Counted from the first letter of the stretch, positions 17,108 to 26,346 are shown. The stretch: 32,000 nt of DNA from Microcystis aeruginosa NIES-2549 (GCF_000981785.2 NZ_CP011304.1:1020001-1052000), one strand, 5' to 3'. Notes: generated from the sequence alone by a model not told the origin. Numbers and translations: made by a program.

Positions 17108-17767
17108 TTAATCATATTTAAAGAGGGATTTTTTCACCTGTAGGGGTATTTGTAAAGGTTGCGGTTTGATTGTTTCTTGGCCAGAAAAATTATCGAGTAA
17201 AGCCGATCGCACTTGTGCATCGGTTTCTCGTGAGAGAAGATAGCGGAAGTATTCTTGGCATTGTTCTCGACGACTGGGGGAAAGTTCCATTTCACTTAAA
17301 CGTCGGACTGCCATTAAGCGCATTAAGGGATCATTGACTGTTAATTTTTCTAACCAGCGATCAAAGTTTTTGGACTCATTTTGACCGCGATGGTCGAGAA
17401 AATGCCATCCTAGTAGGATTAAGGTCAAAACCGTGCCAAATCCTTGCAAAATTGAGGCCAGGGCCAACCAGCGATTTTCGGCATAGGTCCAAATTGCCAC
17501 AGCGAGATAGGTGGCTAAACTGCCCAAACCGCCACAGACTACCGCTAAAGTTAACTTACCGCTATCGGCGCTGAAAAAAGCACGCCCCCACAGCCACAGC
17601 GATGGCCAGTTTTGACCCTGGAGATGGTAAACTCCGATCATCGCCCCCACCCCGGTTAAAGTGGCCAAAACTAACTGCCAATTCCACGCCCAGAGGATCA
17701 AAAAACTAGCACAAGCTGCCGCCCATGTCAAGAATTGACGGGTTTTTTTTGCGGCGAGAGTTTTCAT
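17108..17767 (-). CDS. Hypothetical integral membrane protein
   Basis: Four or more hydrophobic segments followed by a soluble C-terminal region. The track start at 17824 is a GTG, so the internal ATG (MKTLAAKK) at 17767 is preferred. Start is uncertain. Confidence 0.5.
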   Translation of the reverse strand: MKTLAAKKTRQFLTWAAACASFLILWAWNWQLVLATLTGVGAMIGVYHLQGQNWPSLWLWGRAFFSADSGKLTLAVVCGGLGSLATYLAVAIWTYAENRWLALASILQGFGTVLTLILLGWHFLDHRGQNESKNFDRWLEKLTVNDPLMRLMAVRRLSEMELSPSRREQCQEYFRYLLSRETDAQVRSALLDNFSGQETIKPQPLQIPLQVKKSLFKYD

Positions 17768-18437
17768 GACTCGACGCTGCACAGAGGGAGAAAAATAGGG
17801 AGGAAGGCGGAATACTGAAGACACGGGAAGTTTTTCACTGAGGGTTTGATGATCACTATAGCCTGTTCTCAGGCAGACAGATCATTTTTCTTGGTAAAAA
17901 TCTTCGTGGGAAAAGAGCGCAGTGCTAGGGTGGGCTAAAATTGCGATCGAGAATCGGCTAAAGTTCAGTTTGGCAAGCTTAGGTGTTAAGATGGTTTGCA
18001 ATCAAACTCAACTTTTTTTAGTAATAAGTAGTTCGACAATATTCTGTAAACTTATATACATAAACCTAAAGAAATGTATGAATTTGCAGTCTTTAGGACA
18101 GCAAGTTCTGATCAAGGATTTAAAGTATTAAGTATAAATACTGCGCCTGATTTTACCTAGTCACGCCAGCTATCTAACTGATCTATTTCACTTCCGAACA
18201 GGGTTAAAACGTCCTTTGTCTCGGTTGAGTCTTGCGGTACTTTTGCAAGATGAGCTTACCTCTTTAACTCTGCAATCAAGGGGATTGCTCCTTAGAAATT
18301 TCCGTCGTCCAGATATTGGAGGAGTTGTCACCAGAAAAAGTCTTGGCAGTGATGGAGAGAAGGGATGCGATCGCTACCTTGTTGAAGTGAAATCTAGTGG
18401 CTTTGTCTGTTTCTCTTGCAACAATCGGTTCTTCGTT

Positions 18438-18613
18438 ACTTGGTATGGTTCGATCGGGGGGCATAAATCGACTAAATTCTTATCTGGCAAGAGACTTTAT
18501 TGATTAGTTCGTTCTAGATCGAAAACAATTGACAAATATCGCTAAATGTCATTCCCTATAAGGGTTTAATCTCTTATAATCCCGTCCCTTGCATAACACA
18601 AACTGAAGAACCT
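18438..18613 (+). repeat. 176-bp dispersed repeat, copy X (inverted relative to 26012-26187)
   Basis: By-eye alignment to the reverse complement of 26012-26187 runs end to end at equal length, with roughly 85-90 percent identity. Shared blocks include ggggggcataaatcgactaaat, agttcgttctag, aaaacaattgacaaa and caaactgaagaacct. Confidence 0.8.
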
Positions 18614-18621
18614 TAATTAAT

Positions 18622-19512
18622 TTATTCAGAGAGGAATCGTCTGATTAAATCTTCCCGTGAAGACTCCAATAATAAACGACTAGACTCCATCGGTGATAAC
18701 TTAAGCAACTCATCAATAACTTTTATTAAAGACTCATCCAATTCTCCAAACCTCACTTGCATTAAATTTTCAATAATTTGTCGTTGTCCTTGTTGAAGTC
18801 CTTCTCGTTTGGTCGCCTCTTTCCACTCTAAATAAGATTGAGATAAAGCCATAAATACCTCCCTATCTTCTGATTCTAAAAGATTGTTAATTTCAACACT
18901 CACACGCCAACTAATCAATAATTCCATGACATTTTGACGGAAGGAATCGCCAGAAGGCAACTCAAGCAACTCTCTCACCGCTTGGCTTTGGGTTTTCCCC
19001 CGTCCCAACAATCTTAACAGTAAAGTGTCTGGGGTAATAGGTAACTGATTAATCGCTATAATTGCCGTTCGGTGAGAAGGAGATAAAAAGTAAATCCCTT
19101 CTGTCCAGTTTTCCAGTTCTAATTTAGCATCAAAACTCTCTAGTATCTGGAAACTAATAGAAGTAGCCAAAATCCATAATCTAGGTAAGTCATCCTCGTT
19201 TAACTCAGTTTTTTCCCGTTTCCCTTTCCGTTGAAGTTCAGCGAAAATCGAAAACAATTTTAAGATACAGTTGCGAATTTCCGTTCGATTGGGAGCATTG
19301 CGAAAAGGCTCAAGCAAAGTGCTTGTGGTCACCATTTGCCCTAAAAGACCCAAAAATTGAGCATTTCCCCGCATATTAGGGTGAGGAGAGAAGAAAATAT
19401 CCACCTGACGGGTTTCATCCGCCACCTCCTTGCTGACTTCCACCTTTCCCAGAGGAGACAGCAATTCTTCTAGGTATTGTTTGGCAAATTGATCGTGAGG
19501 TTGTCGAGTCAT
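18622..19512 (-). CDS. Rpn/YhgA-like PD-(D/E)XK-family protein with DUF4351-like C-terminus (tentative)
   Basis: 296 aa. The N-terminus HDQFAKQYLEELLSPLGKVEVSKEV...QVDIFFSP and the C-terminal RFGELDESLIKVIDELLKLS...LL...SREDL resemble that family as I remember it. No search was run. Confidence 0.5.
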   Translation of the reverse strand: MTRQPHDQFAKQYLEELLSPLGKVEVSKEVADETRQVDIFFSPHPNMRGNAQFLGLLGQMVTTSTLLEPFRNAPNRTEIRNCILKLFSIFAELQRKGKREKTELNEDDLPRLWILATSISFQILESFDAKLELENWTEGIYFLSPSHRTAIIAINQLPITPDTLLLRLLGRGKTQSQAVRELLELPSGDSFRQNVMELLISWRVSVEINNLLESEDREVFMALSQSYLEWKEATKREGLQQGQRQIIENLMQVRFGELDESLIKVIDELLKLSPMESSRLLLESSREDLIRRFLSE

Positions 19513-19607
19513 ATCTTCAATCTTAGACCAGAAAAGACCGGACTGCAGCCGACCCAGTTCATAACCTCAGCTTATCAATGGCATAAGTAACAATATCGTC
19601 AAACCCC

Positions 19608-19636
19608 TTTACAAACCGATACAAACTCTCTAAGAT
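19608..19636 (+). promoter_or_regulatory. Candidate psbA sigma70-type promoter
   Basis: TTTACA (19608-19613), a 17-nt spacer, then TAAGAT (19631-19636). This predicts a 5' UTR of about 45-50 nt before the ATG at 19690. Confidence 0.55.
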
Positions 19637-19689
19637 AGAGACATCATCAATCAATCGTACCTCGATAACTTAATAGGAATCATAAACCA

Positions 19690-20772
19690 ATGACCACCAC
19701 TCTACAACAGCGCGAGAGCGCTTCCCTGTGGGAGCAGTTCTGTCAGTGGATCACCAGCACCAACAACCGTCTCTATGTCGGCTGGTTCGGTGTGATCATG
19801 ATCCCCACCCTGCTCACCGCCACCACCTGCTTCATCATCGCCTTTATCGCCGCCCCTCCTGTAGATATCGACGGTATCCGCGAGCCTGTAGCTGGTTCTC
19901 TACTCTACGGAAACAACATCATCTCTGGTGCGGTTGTTCCCTCTTCTAACGCGATTGGACTCCACTTTTACCCCATCTGGGAAGCTGCTTCCTTAGATGA
20001 GTGGTTATACAACGGTGGTCCCTACCAGTTAGTCATTTTCCACTTCTTACTAGGTGTCTTCTGCTACCTCGGTCGTCAGTGGGAACTGTCTTTCCGTTTA
20101 GGAATGCGTCCTTGGATTTGTGTGGCTTACTCTGCACCTGTATCCGCCGCTACTGCTGTATTCTTAATCTATCCCATCGGACAAGGTTCTTTCTCTGATG
20201 GTATGCCTTTAGGAATCTCTGGAACCTTCAACTTTATGTTCGTGTTCCAAGCAGAACATAACATTCTGATGCACCCCTTCCATATGTTAGGTGTGGCTGG
20301 TGTGTTCGGCGGTTCTCTGTTCTCCGCGATGCACGGTTCTCTAGTAACTTCTTCCTTAGTGCGTGAAACCACTGAAATCGAATCTCAGAACTACGGTTAC
20401 AAATTCGGTCAAGAGGAAGAAACCTACAATATCGTTGCCGCTCACGGTTACTTCGGACGTTTAATCTTCCAATACGCTTCTTTCAACAACAGCCGCTCTC
20501 TGCACTTCTTCTTAGGTGCATGGCCGGTAATCGGTATCTGGTTTACGGCGATGGGTGTTAGCACCATGGCGTTCAACCTCAACGGTTTCAACTTCAACCA
20601 GTCGATTCTCGATTCTCAAGGTCGTGTAATCGGTACTTGGGCCGATGTGCTGAACCGCGCTGGTATCGGTATGGAAGTAATGCACGAGCGTAATGCTCAC
20701 AACTTCCCCTTAGACTTAGCTAGTGGTGAACAGGCTCCTGTAGCTCTGACCGCTCCTGCTATCAATGGTTAA
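19690..20772 (+). CDS. psbA: Photosystem II D1 protein (Q130 isoform)
   Basis: 360 aa, unmistakable D1 sequence. By direct count residue 130 is Gln (YLGRQWELS), as in the standard/low-light D1 forms (Thermosynechococcus PsbA1, Synechococcus D1:1) and unlike the E130 high-light forms. Confidence 0.98.
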   Translation: MTTTLQQRESASLWEQFCQWITSTNNRLYVGWFGVIMIPTLLTATTCFIIAFIAAPPVDIDGIREPVAGSLLYGNNIISGAVVPSSNAIGLHFYPIWEAASLDEWLYNGGPYQLVIFHFLLGVFCYLGRQWELSFRLGMRPWICVAYSAPVSAATAVFLIYPIGQGSFSDGMPLGISGTFNFMFVFQAEHNILMHPFHMLGVAGVFGGSLFSAMHGSLVTSSLVRETTEIESQNYGYKFGQEEETYNIVAAHGYFGRLIFQYASFNNSRSLHFFLGAWPVIGIWFTAMGVSTMAFNLNGFNFNQSILDSQGRVIGTWADVLNRAGIGMEVMHERNAHNFPLDLASGEQAPVALTAPAING

Positions 20773-20792
20773 TTCCTAGTCTGAACGAAAAG

Positions 20793-20818
20793 GCACTCCC
20801 GCAAGGGGGTGCTTTTTT
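20793..20818 (+). terminator. psbA intrinsic terminator
   Basis: gcactccc, loop GCAA, gggggtgc, then TTTTTTG. This is an 8-bp stem with a GNRA loop and a T-run. Confidence 0.85.
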
Positions 20819-20989
20819 GTTGTTTGATTATACTTATATTTTCCTTTTTTAACGAAAATATGGGGTTATTTAACTCGATAAAATTGCTGTGTCAGTTCAG
20901 CTGCATCTTTAACCCAAAGGACAAGAGCGACTATAGAAGGTTAATAGATGAAGTTTTTGTTATGATTAAAACTGAGAGATTTTCATTAA

Positions 20990-22149
20990 GAGTTATAGTA
21001 AATCCCGTTATAATAGGGTGAATAAAGACGAGGAAATAAAATGCCCAAAAAAGCGTATTTAGCCGAACATCTAAGTTCAGAGGAACTGAAAGATAGATAC
21101 AGAGCAAGTCAAGATTCGGTGGAAACAAGAAGATGGCACTTGTTGTGGAAAATATCTTTAGGATGGACAATAAAAAATGCGGCAGTAGCCGTCGGATTAG
21201 ATTATCAATATAGTTTTAAAATTCTCAAACGATATAATGAGTTAGGAGAAGAAGGAGTTAAAAATCTCAAGAAAAAGAGTCACGAACATCGGAGAGGAAA
21301 AGAACCTCTACTGAAGGAAGAACAATGGCAAAAATTAAAAGAAGAACTGAAAAAACGTCCTGCCGATGGTGGAATATGGACTGGACCCAAAGTGGCTAGA
21401 TGGATAGAAAAGGAAACTGGACGAGAAAAAGTTTGGAATCAAAGGGGATGGGATTACTTAAAAAAGTTTAGATATTCTTGTCAAGAACCCAGACCAAAAC
21501 ATAAAAATAGTAACCAATTGAATCAGAAAAATTTAAGCAGAATTTCCCAGTAAGACTCTAATAATTAAGAGATAAATTTCCTAATTCTCAGGTAGAGGTC
21601 TGGTTCTTTGACGAACATCGAATCGGCTTAAAACCGATTATTAGAAAAGTCTGGGCTCCAATAGGAGAAAGGCCTTCTGCCCTAGTGCATCCTCGTTATG
21701 AATGGTTATATGTTTACGGATTTGTTGAGCCAAAAACAGGAAAAACACTCTGGTATTTAATCCCAAGAGTTAATCATCAATGGTTAAGTTTAGTCTATCA
21801 ATCTTTGGCAAAAGATGTCGTGTTATCGGCAGAAAAAATTGTCCTATTAGTACAAGATAATGCTGGGTGGCATAGAAGTCAAAAACTTGAAGTTCCCGAT
21901 GGAATCATGCTCGATTTTCTACCGGCTTATTCGCCAGAACTACAGCCAGCCGAGAGATTGTGGTCTCTAGTAGATGAACCTCTGGTTAATCAGTATTTTG
22001 AGACGATTGAAGAAATAGAAGAAATTCTGATAACTCGTTGTCAGTATCTCGAAACAATGACTAATGAAATTAAAAACTTGACTAACTATCATTGGCTAAC
22101 TTATGACTGATTGTTATCATCTTTTTAAAACAGGATTTAGTATGATTCG
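20990..22149 (+). mobile_element. IS630-family insertion sequence, decayed
   Basis: Imperfect terminal inverted repeats: ga(g)t(t)ata(g)taaatcc(c)gtt at about 20990-21009, against the reverse complement of aacaggatttagtatgattc at about 22129-22149. They enclose the HTH and DDE transposase halves. Confidence 0.65.
21041..22110 (+). pseudogene. IS630-family (DDE_3) transposase, disrupted by frame shifts and an in-frame TAA TAA
   Basis: The N-terminal HTH ORF runs 21041-21553. The DDE part (VEVWFFDEHRIGLKP...LVQDNAGWH...YSPELQPAERLW) is in another frame. The linker reads ESEKFKQNFPVRL**LRDKFPNSQ, with stops at 21559-21564. A third frame gives the more natural FPSKTLIIKR, implying several indels. 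Confidence 0.7.
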
Positions 22150-22198
22150 CTCAACCCAAGAAAAAGTACTAGACCGCTGTTGCATTCATCGCGTTTTA

Positions 22199-22462
22199 TT
22201 AGCGGTAAGCTTGACTGCGATGTTCAATGAGCAAGACAATAACTTGAGATTGACTATCATCAACGATATAAATAACCCGATAGTCCCCGACTCGGAAGCG
22301 ATACTTCCCAGCAAATTCTCCCTTTAATGCTTTAATTTGAGGGTGATTTTTGGGCGTTTCTTGAAGAATCTTTAAACACTTAGCAATCTTCTTTCTCAAG
22401 ACTGAATCAGCTTCAGAATAAACTTTATTAGCTTTAGCTGTTAAACAGACTTTATAAATCAT
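22199..22462 (-). CDS. RelE/ParE-family type II toxin
   Basis: MIYKVCLTAKANKVY...LKGEFAGKYRFRVGDYRVIYIVDDSQSQVIVLLIEHRSQAY shows the typical RelE/ParE fold signature. Start placed at the internal ATG at 22462, overlapping the antitoxin end by 11 nt. Confidence 0.8.
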   Translation of the reverse strand: MIYKVCLTAKANKVYSEADSVLRKKIAKCLKILQETPKNHPQIKALKGEFAGKYRFRVGDYRVIYIVDDSQSQVIVLLIEHRSQAYR

Positions 22463-22745
22463 CTGAGTTTTTCCAATCAATGAGATGACCTGATTGTAAA
22501 TCCATTTCAGCTTCTTTTAATTTTTCTATGATATTGGGAATTTCTCTAATTTCTTGGGTTGCTTGCTCACTCTCTTTATCTGATAAATAAGCAGCAAATT
22601 CTAGAATAGTCTTTAAATTTTCTAATGACAAGGTTTGGAGATATTGTTGAATTTTTTGCTGCATTAAATCAATCTGTGCTAATGTTTCAGAATCTAAAAA
22701 ATCTTCTGAGGTCGAGAGATTTACTTGAACGTCAGTAATATTCAT
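22452..22745 (-). CDS. Putative cognate antitoxin
   Basis: 97-aa acidic protein immediately upstream of and overlapping the toxin gene. Family not recognised. Confidence 0.6.
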   Translation of the reverse strand: MNITDVQVNLSTSEDFLDSETLAQIDLMQQKIQQYLQTLSLENLKTILEFAAYLSDKESEQATQEIREIPNIIEKLKEAEMDLQSGHLIDWKNSDDL

Positions 22746-23139
22746 AGTTTGATAAATTGCTCCTTTTAAGTTGATTATATATATCTTAGCGAATTTTTCA
22801 AGCTAGGGCTTGCTACCTTGGAATCTAATCTGGGAATTGATGACCCTCAGCGATTCGCGTCTGGAGAGGTAATGTTTCTCCCTCTACATTTATACTACCC
22901 CAGGAGAGTCCTTCCACAGAATCAATACCACTGGCTACTTGATAACCACCCTGGAACGGTTATTAGCGACGCTTGAGTAAAACCCAACCACACCAATGTC
23001 GTCAAGAATGTTGGGTTTTGCTCAAACCATTGAATCGAGCAGTTTTCTCCTAAGTATTAAATCGCTCAACCCAAACTACAAGCTTCTATCTGATAACTGA
23101 TAAGTACCTAAGCAAAATTAATTACACATATCTAACCAC

Positions 23140-23201
23140 CTCTTGCCTCCTGCCTTTTGCCTTTTGCCTATCTTCACTAGGAAATTAATTTTGCACGACT
23201 A
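23140..23201 (+). repeat. STRR heptamers (CTYYTGC) followed by the conserved 27-mer, second copy
   Basis: Heptamers at 23140-23174, then cactaggaaattaattttgcacgacta at 23175-23201, identical to 6719-6745. Confidence 0.75.
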
Positions 23202-23217
23202 CTTAACTGATAACTGA

Positions 23218-24897
23218 TTAAGACTTCACTCCCAAGTTAAAGAAAATCGTTCCCCGACGCACAGAATTTTCGCTACCTTGGCTGCTAATGGTAAGAGAAC
23301 GCAGATTATTAAATAAAGGCTTAATCGATAATTCTAACACCCGCACGATCGGAAATTTTGCCTCGATTACCGGTTGCAATTGTCGCCAATCGACGTAAAA
23401 ATAACCATCATTTTCTGCGGGTAAAGCAGTAATTGCCTGTCGAAACTTACCACTACTTAAGATGGGGTTTTTCTGTGCAGATAAAGCTAAACCCATCGCT
23501 TCCACAGAACTAGCGATAATTTCATAATTATCGACCCTAGTATGCACTCCCGTCACGAGCGTCTCTAGTTGCGCTTTTCCCCCCGGGACCGCCGTGGTTA
23601 ACTTTGTCCAAGCTGTCACCGTTCGATCGAGTAAAGGCAGATTAACCACATTATAGCCGCGACTGCGGGCCAACTCATCCAAATGCTCGATCGCACTGTC
23701 CACCTCTACCCCCATCACCCGTTCCCCTAGAAAAACACTATCGGGTTCCATCCCCTTTGAACTAGGCACGAGAGCGAGGCTATATTCGCCTCTAACCCAG
23801 CTAAAAACGTCTTCAGGCAAATTTAAACCTAAAGGCGATTGGAAGCGGTTTAAGACCTGTGTTATTAATTCCTGTAGGGGACTATCTGCTTCTAACCCCT
23901 CCTCTACCTGAGTCCAAAAACGATTTAAATCGCGACTAGCGGCGACTAAAAGGCTATTTTCGCCGATAAAAGATAATGCTCCCACGGGACTAGATAAAAT
24001 TGGTGCTTGGTCATCCTGTCCTAAGACTCCAATTAAGGCAGTTTGAGCGACTATTCCCCCAGATTTGAGGGTAAAAGCCGTGGCTAATCGTTGTTTCGCT
24101 TCGGGACTCTCCGGGACGGGTTGATTCGCGATCCAAGCCGATAACGGGGGTAAATTGCCGTAAACGATAGCTATACGCGGTTCGGTGATATTTTTGAGAG
24201 CTTCTCGGTAATCAGGGCTATTTTTTAGGTTTAAATCCGGTACTTGCACGTTATTAAGTGCCTCGCGCAAAACCTTGATATTATTGGCAAAAAGCACCGT
24301 ATCACCCACCACGGCACTAGCGAGAAAACGATTATTATCTCCTGCGGTCAAGGGACGTTGATAAATGAGGTTAACTCCCTTGTAGAGTTCAAAAACGAGG
24401 TCAAATTTGCCCGAAACCGCCTGTTTTGAGTAGGAAGCTTGCAGAAATTCCTTAGCGCGTTCACCATCTTTACTTTGAATTGCCAAAAGATAACCCGGTT
24501 GGATACCATTATCGGTATCGCGATCGAAATCTAGGGAAGTAACAGCGAGGGTAATTTCTTCCCCTAACCAGGGTTTGATTTCCTTTTGATAATTTAATCC
24601 CGTTTTACCGAGCAGACTTTTTTCTAAATCTTTAATTTGTTGGTGGGAACGTCGTCGATTAGCCGGTGTAGCGATTAATTGACCAAAAGACTCTAAACGT
24701 TCGGGATTGACCAACAAGGATACCATAACCGGGGCCTGTTTCGGCACAAAAATCGCCGCCATCGGTTCCCGCAGCACCCCACCTTTGAGCAAAGACAGAG
24801 GACTATCGGCGAGAATCCAAGCAAAACTGGCTGTAGCGACTACTAGGAGAATGATTACCGTCGCACCTAAAATATAGAAAAACGATCGCAATTTCAC
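23218..24897 (-). CDS. Conserved cyanobacterial hypothetical protein with N-terminal TM anchor (DUF3352-like, tentative)
   Basis: 559 aa with a GTG start. One N-terminal TM segment (FFYILGATVIILLVVATASFAWIL) and then a long soluble domain. The DUF3352 assignment is from memory of size and N-terminus only. Confidence 0.55.
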   Translation of the reverse strand: MKLRSFFYILGATVIILLVVATASFAWILADSPLSLLKGGVLREPMAAIFVPKQAPVMVSLLVNPERLESFGQLIATPANRRRSHQQIKDLEKSLLGKTGLNYQKEIKPWLGEEITLAVTSLDFDRDTDNGIQPGYLLAIQSKDGERAKEFLQASYSKQAVSGKFDLVFELYKGVNLIYQRPLTAGDNNRFLASAVVGDTVLFANNIKVLREALNNVQVPDLNLKNSPDYREALKNITEPRIAIVYGNLPPLSAWIANQPVPESPEAKQRLATAFTLKSGGIVAQTALIGVLGQDDQAPILSSPVGALSFIGENSLLVAASRDLNRFWTQVEEGLEADSPLQELITQVLNRFQSPLGLNLPEDVFSWVRGEYSLALVPSSKGMEPDSVFLGERVMGVEVDSAIEHLDELARSRGYNVVNLPLLDRTVTAWTKLTTAVPGGKAQLETLVTGVHTRVDNYEIIASSVEAMGLALSAQKNPILSSGKFRQAITALPAENDGYFYVDWRQLQPVIEAKFPIVRVLELSIKPLFNNLRSLTISSQGSENSVRRGTIFFNLGVKS

Positions 24898-25013
24898 AAC
24901 CTTGTCCCGAGATGAACCATTAGCTATTTTAAGCCAGCAATTGACCCAAGAATTTCGATCGCTACAATTCTTACCAGACTGACAACCGATAACTGGCCAC
25001 CGATAACTAATTT

Positions 25014-25334
25014 TTACCAGCCTTTTTCCGCTTGAGCGAGGACATAGTTAGCTACAGCTTCGATATCTTCAGCGCTGAGACGACCACCGAAAGCAGGCAT
25101 CGCCCCCATACCTTTGGTAACTTGGGTAACGATAGCTTCAACGGAATCTTTGCCGTATTTAACTAAATCTTCTTTTTTCAGGGTTTTAGCGGCATTAACC
25201 ACGTTTTTACCGCCCATGTGGCAGGAAGCGCAGTTAGCACTGAAAATCGAAGCCCCATCAGCTAAAGCGGGACGAGCCATACCGAATGTAACCACAGCCA
25301 AGAGCAAGCACAGGGAAATTAATAGTCTTTTCAC
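25014..25334 (-). CDS. petJ: Cytochrome c6
   Basis: Heme motif CASCH. Met ligand region: [14 protein letters not shown]-terminal AQAEKGW. Start placed at the GTG at 25334, 6 nt after GAGGAGAA, giving a signal peptide [25 protein letters not shown]. Confidence 0.92.
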   Translation of the reverse strand: MKRLLISLCLLLAVVTFGMARPALADGASIFSANCASCHMGGKNVVNAAKTLKKEDLVKYGKDSVEAIVTQVTKGMGAMPAFGGRLSAEDIEAVANYVLAQAEKGW

Positions 25335-25395
25335 GATTGGTTCTCCTCTATTTCTTAAGAAATTCCCCAACCATGGTCAGAAAAAACCGGTTTTC

Positions 25396-25422
25396 TTGTC
25401 AAAAGACAAGCTGTCAAACTTG
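25396..25422. promoter_or_regulatory. 27-nt palindrome-containing box, petJ-proximal copy
   Basis: ttgtcaaaagacaAgctgtcaaacttg. Contains TGTC-AAAA-GACA and GAC-N5-GTC (gacaagctgtc) inverted repeats. It lies 62-88 nt upstream of the petJ start. Confidence 0.6.
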
Positions 25423-25468
25423 GTGTAGAATGAATCAATGGGACAGTTAAAAGCAAACTTTTACTTTT

Positions 25469-25495
25469 TTGTCAAAAGACAGGCTGTCAAACTTG
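25469..25495. promoter_or_regulatory. 27-nt palindrome-containing box, petE-proximal copy
   Basis: ttgtcaaaagacaGgctgtcaaacttg, 26/27 identical to 25396-25422 and 73 bp away. It lies 32-58 nt upstream of the petE ATG. Confidence 0.6.
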
Positions 25496-25526
25496 TCATC
25501 TTCCCTCGTGTAAAGGATTAACAAGC

Positions 25527-25904
25527 ATGAAAAAATTAGGTTTATTGGTCGCTACCGTGGTGCTAGTCGTCTCTAGCTTCTTCTTCAACACTGCCTCCGC
25601 TGCTGCGGAAACCTTCACGGTGAAGATGGGCGGTGATGCAGGTACACTACAATTTGATCCCCCCACCCTCACCATTAAAGCAGGAGATACGGTGAAATGG
25701 GTCAATAACAAACTTTCTCCCCATAACATAGTTTTCGATAGCACCAAGGTTCCCGAAGCCCAAGCCAGCAAATTATCCCATAAAGGTCTGGCTTTTTCCG
25801 CCGGTGAGTCCTTTGAAAGCACTTTCAGCGAACCGGGTACTTACACTTACTACTGCGAACCCCATCGCGGCGCCGGCATGGTCGGAACGATTACCGTTCA
25901 GTAA
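25527..25904 (+). CDS. petE: Plastocyanin
   Basis: 125 aa with a signal peptide. Copper ligand motifs: PHNIVF and [11 protein letters not shown]. Confidence 0.96.
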   Translation: MKKLGLLVATVVLVVSSFFFNTASAAAETFTVKMGGDAGTLQFDPPTLTIKAGDTVKWVNNKLSPHNIVFDSTKVPEAQASKLSHKGLAFSAGESFESTFSEPGTYTYYCEPHRGAGMVGTITVQ

Positions 25905-25925
25905 TTATCCGATTTTAGCCAAAAA

Positions 25926-25958
25926 TAACTCGCGGTTAACTGCCGCGGGTTGTTTTTT
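25926..25958 (+). terminator. petE intrinsic terminator
   Basis: aactcgcgg (25926-25934) pairs with ccgcgggtt (25942-25950) to give a 9-bp stem with a 7-nt loop. It is followed by G and then T7. Confidence 0.85.
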
Positions 25959-26011
25959 TGGGAATTATGAAGACTTTTCAGTTATCAGTAAACAGGAATC
26001 AGTAATCAGTG

Positions 26012-26187
26012 AGGTTCTTCAGTTTGTCTTATGCAACGGACAGGGTTATAAGGAATGAAACTCTTATAGAGAAAGACATTTGGCGATTTTTGTCAATTGT
26101 TTTTGAACTAGAACGAACTCATCAATTAAGTTTTTTGCCAGATAAGGATTTAGTCGATTTATGCCCCCCGAGCGAACCATACCAAGT
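26012..26187 (-). repeat. 176-bp dispersed repeat, copy Y, flanked by a 14-nt direct repeat
   Basis: Reverse complement aligns with 18438-18613. tcagtaatcagtga occurs immediately left (25998-26011) and immediately right (26188-26201). Confidence 0.8.
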
Positions 26188-26216
26188 TCAGTAATCAGTG
26201 AACTGAAAACTCGCAT

Positions 26217-26247
26217 CTGATAACTGATAACTGATAACTGATAACTG
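26217..26247 (+). repeat. STRR heptamer array (CTGATAA)4
   Basis: Four perfect units. Related short runs occur at 23089-23102, 23205-23219 and 24985-25010. Confidence 0.85.
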
Positions 26248-26346
26248 AAAGGGCTGTCTCCTGAAATATAAAGTCTCGGTTACAAAACTGACTTGCGAGC
26301 AATTCTCCCTCCACCATAGAAACAGAAGCCCGTAGGAAAATCAGCC

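Noticed and set aside
18216-18503. 95-aa plus-strand ORF and 62-aa minus-strand ORF (18276-18464) as real genes.
   Set aside because: They overlap each other and run into the 176-bp repeat. Neither has a motif or plausible start context. They are kept only as part of the unexplained-region finding.
19728-20700. Track ORFs overlapping psbA in other frames or on the other strand (19728-19949, 20001-20198, 20169-20372, 20512-20700).
   Set aside because: They lie entirely within an unmistakable, full-length D1 coding sequence and have low-complexity, Arg/His/Cys-rich translations typical of off-frame reads.
21500-21570. Programmed ribosomal frameshifting to join the two IS630 transposase ORFs.
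   Set aside because: The downstream frame carries tandem in-frame stops (TAA TAA at 21559-21564). The most protein-like reading needs at least two frame changes. Decay is the simpler explanation.
25114-25822. ORFs antisense to petJ (25114-25428) and petE (25496-25822), plus 25804-26058 and 26009-26194.
   Set aside because: The first two overlap clear cytochrome c6 and plastocyanin genes. The latter two run through the petE terminator, STRR repeats and the 176-bp dispersed repeat.
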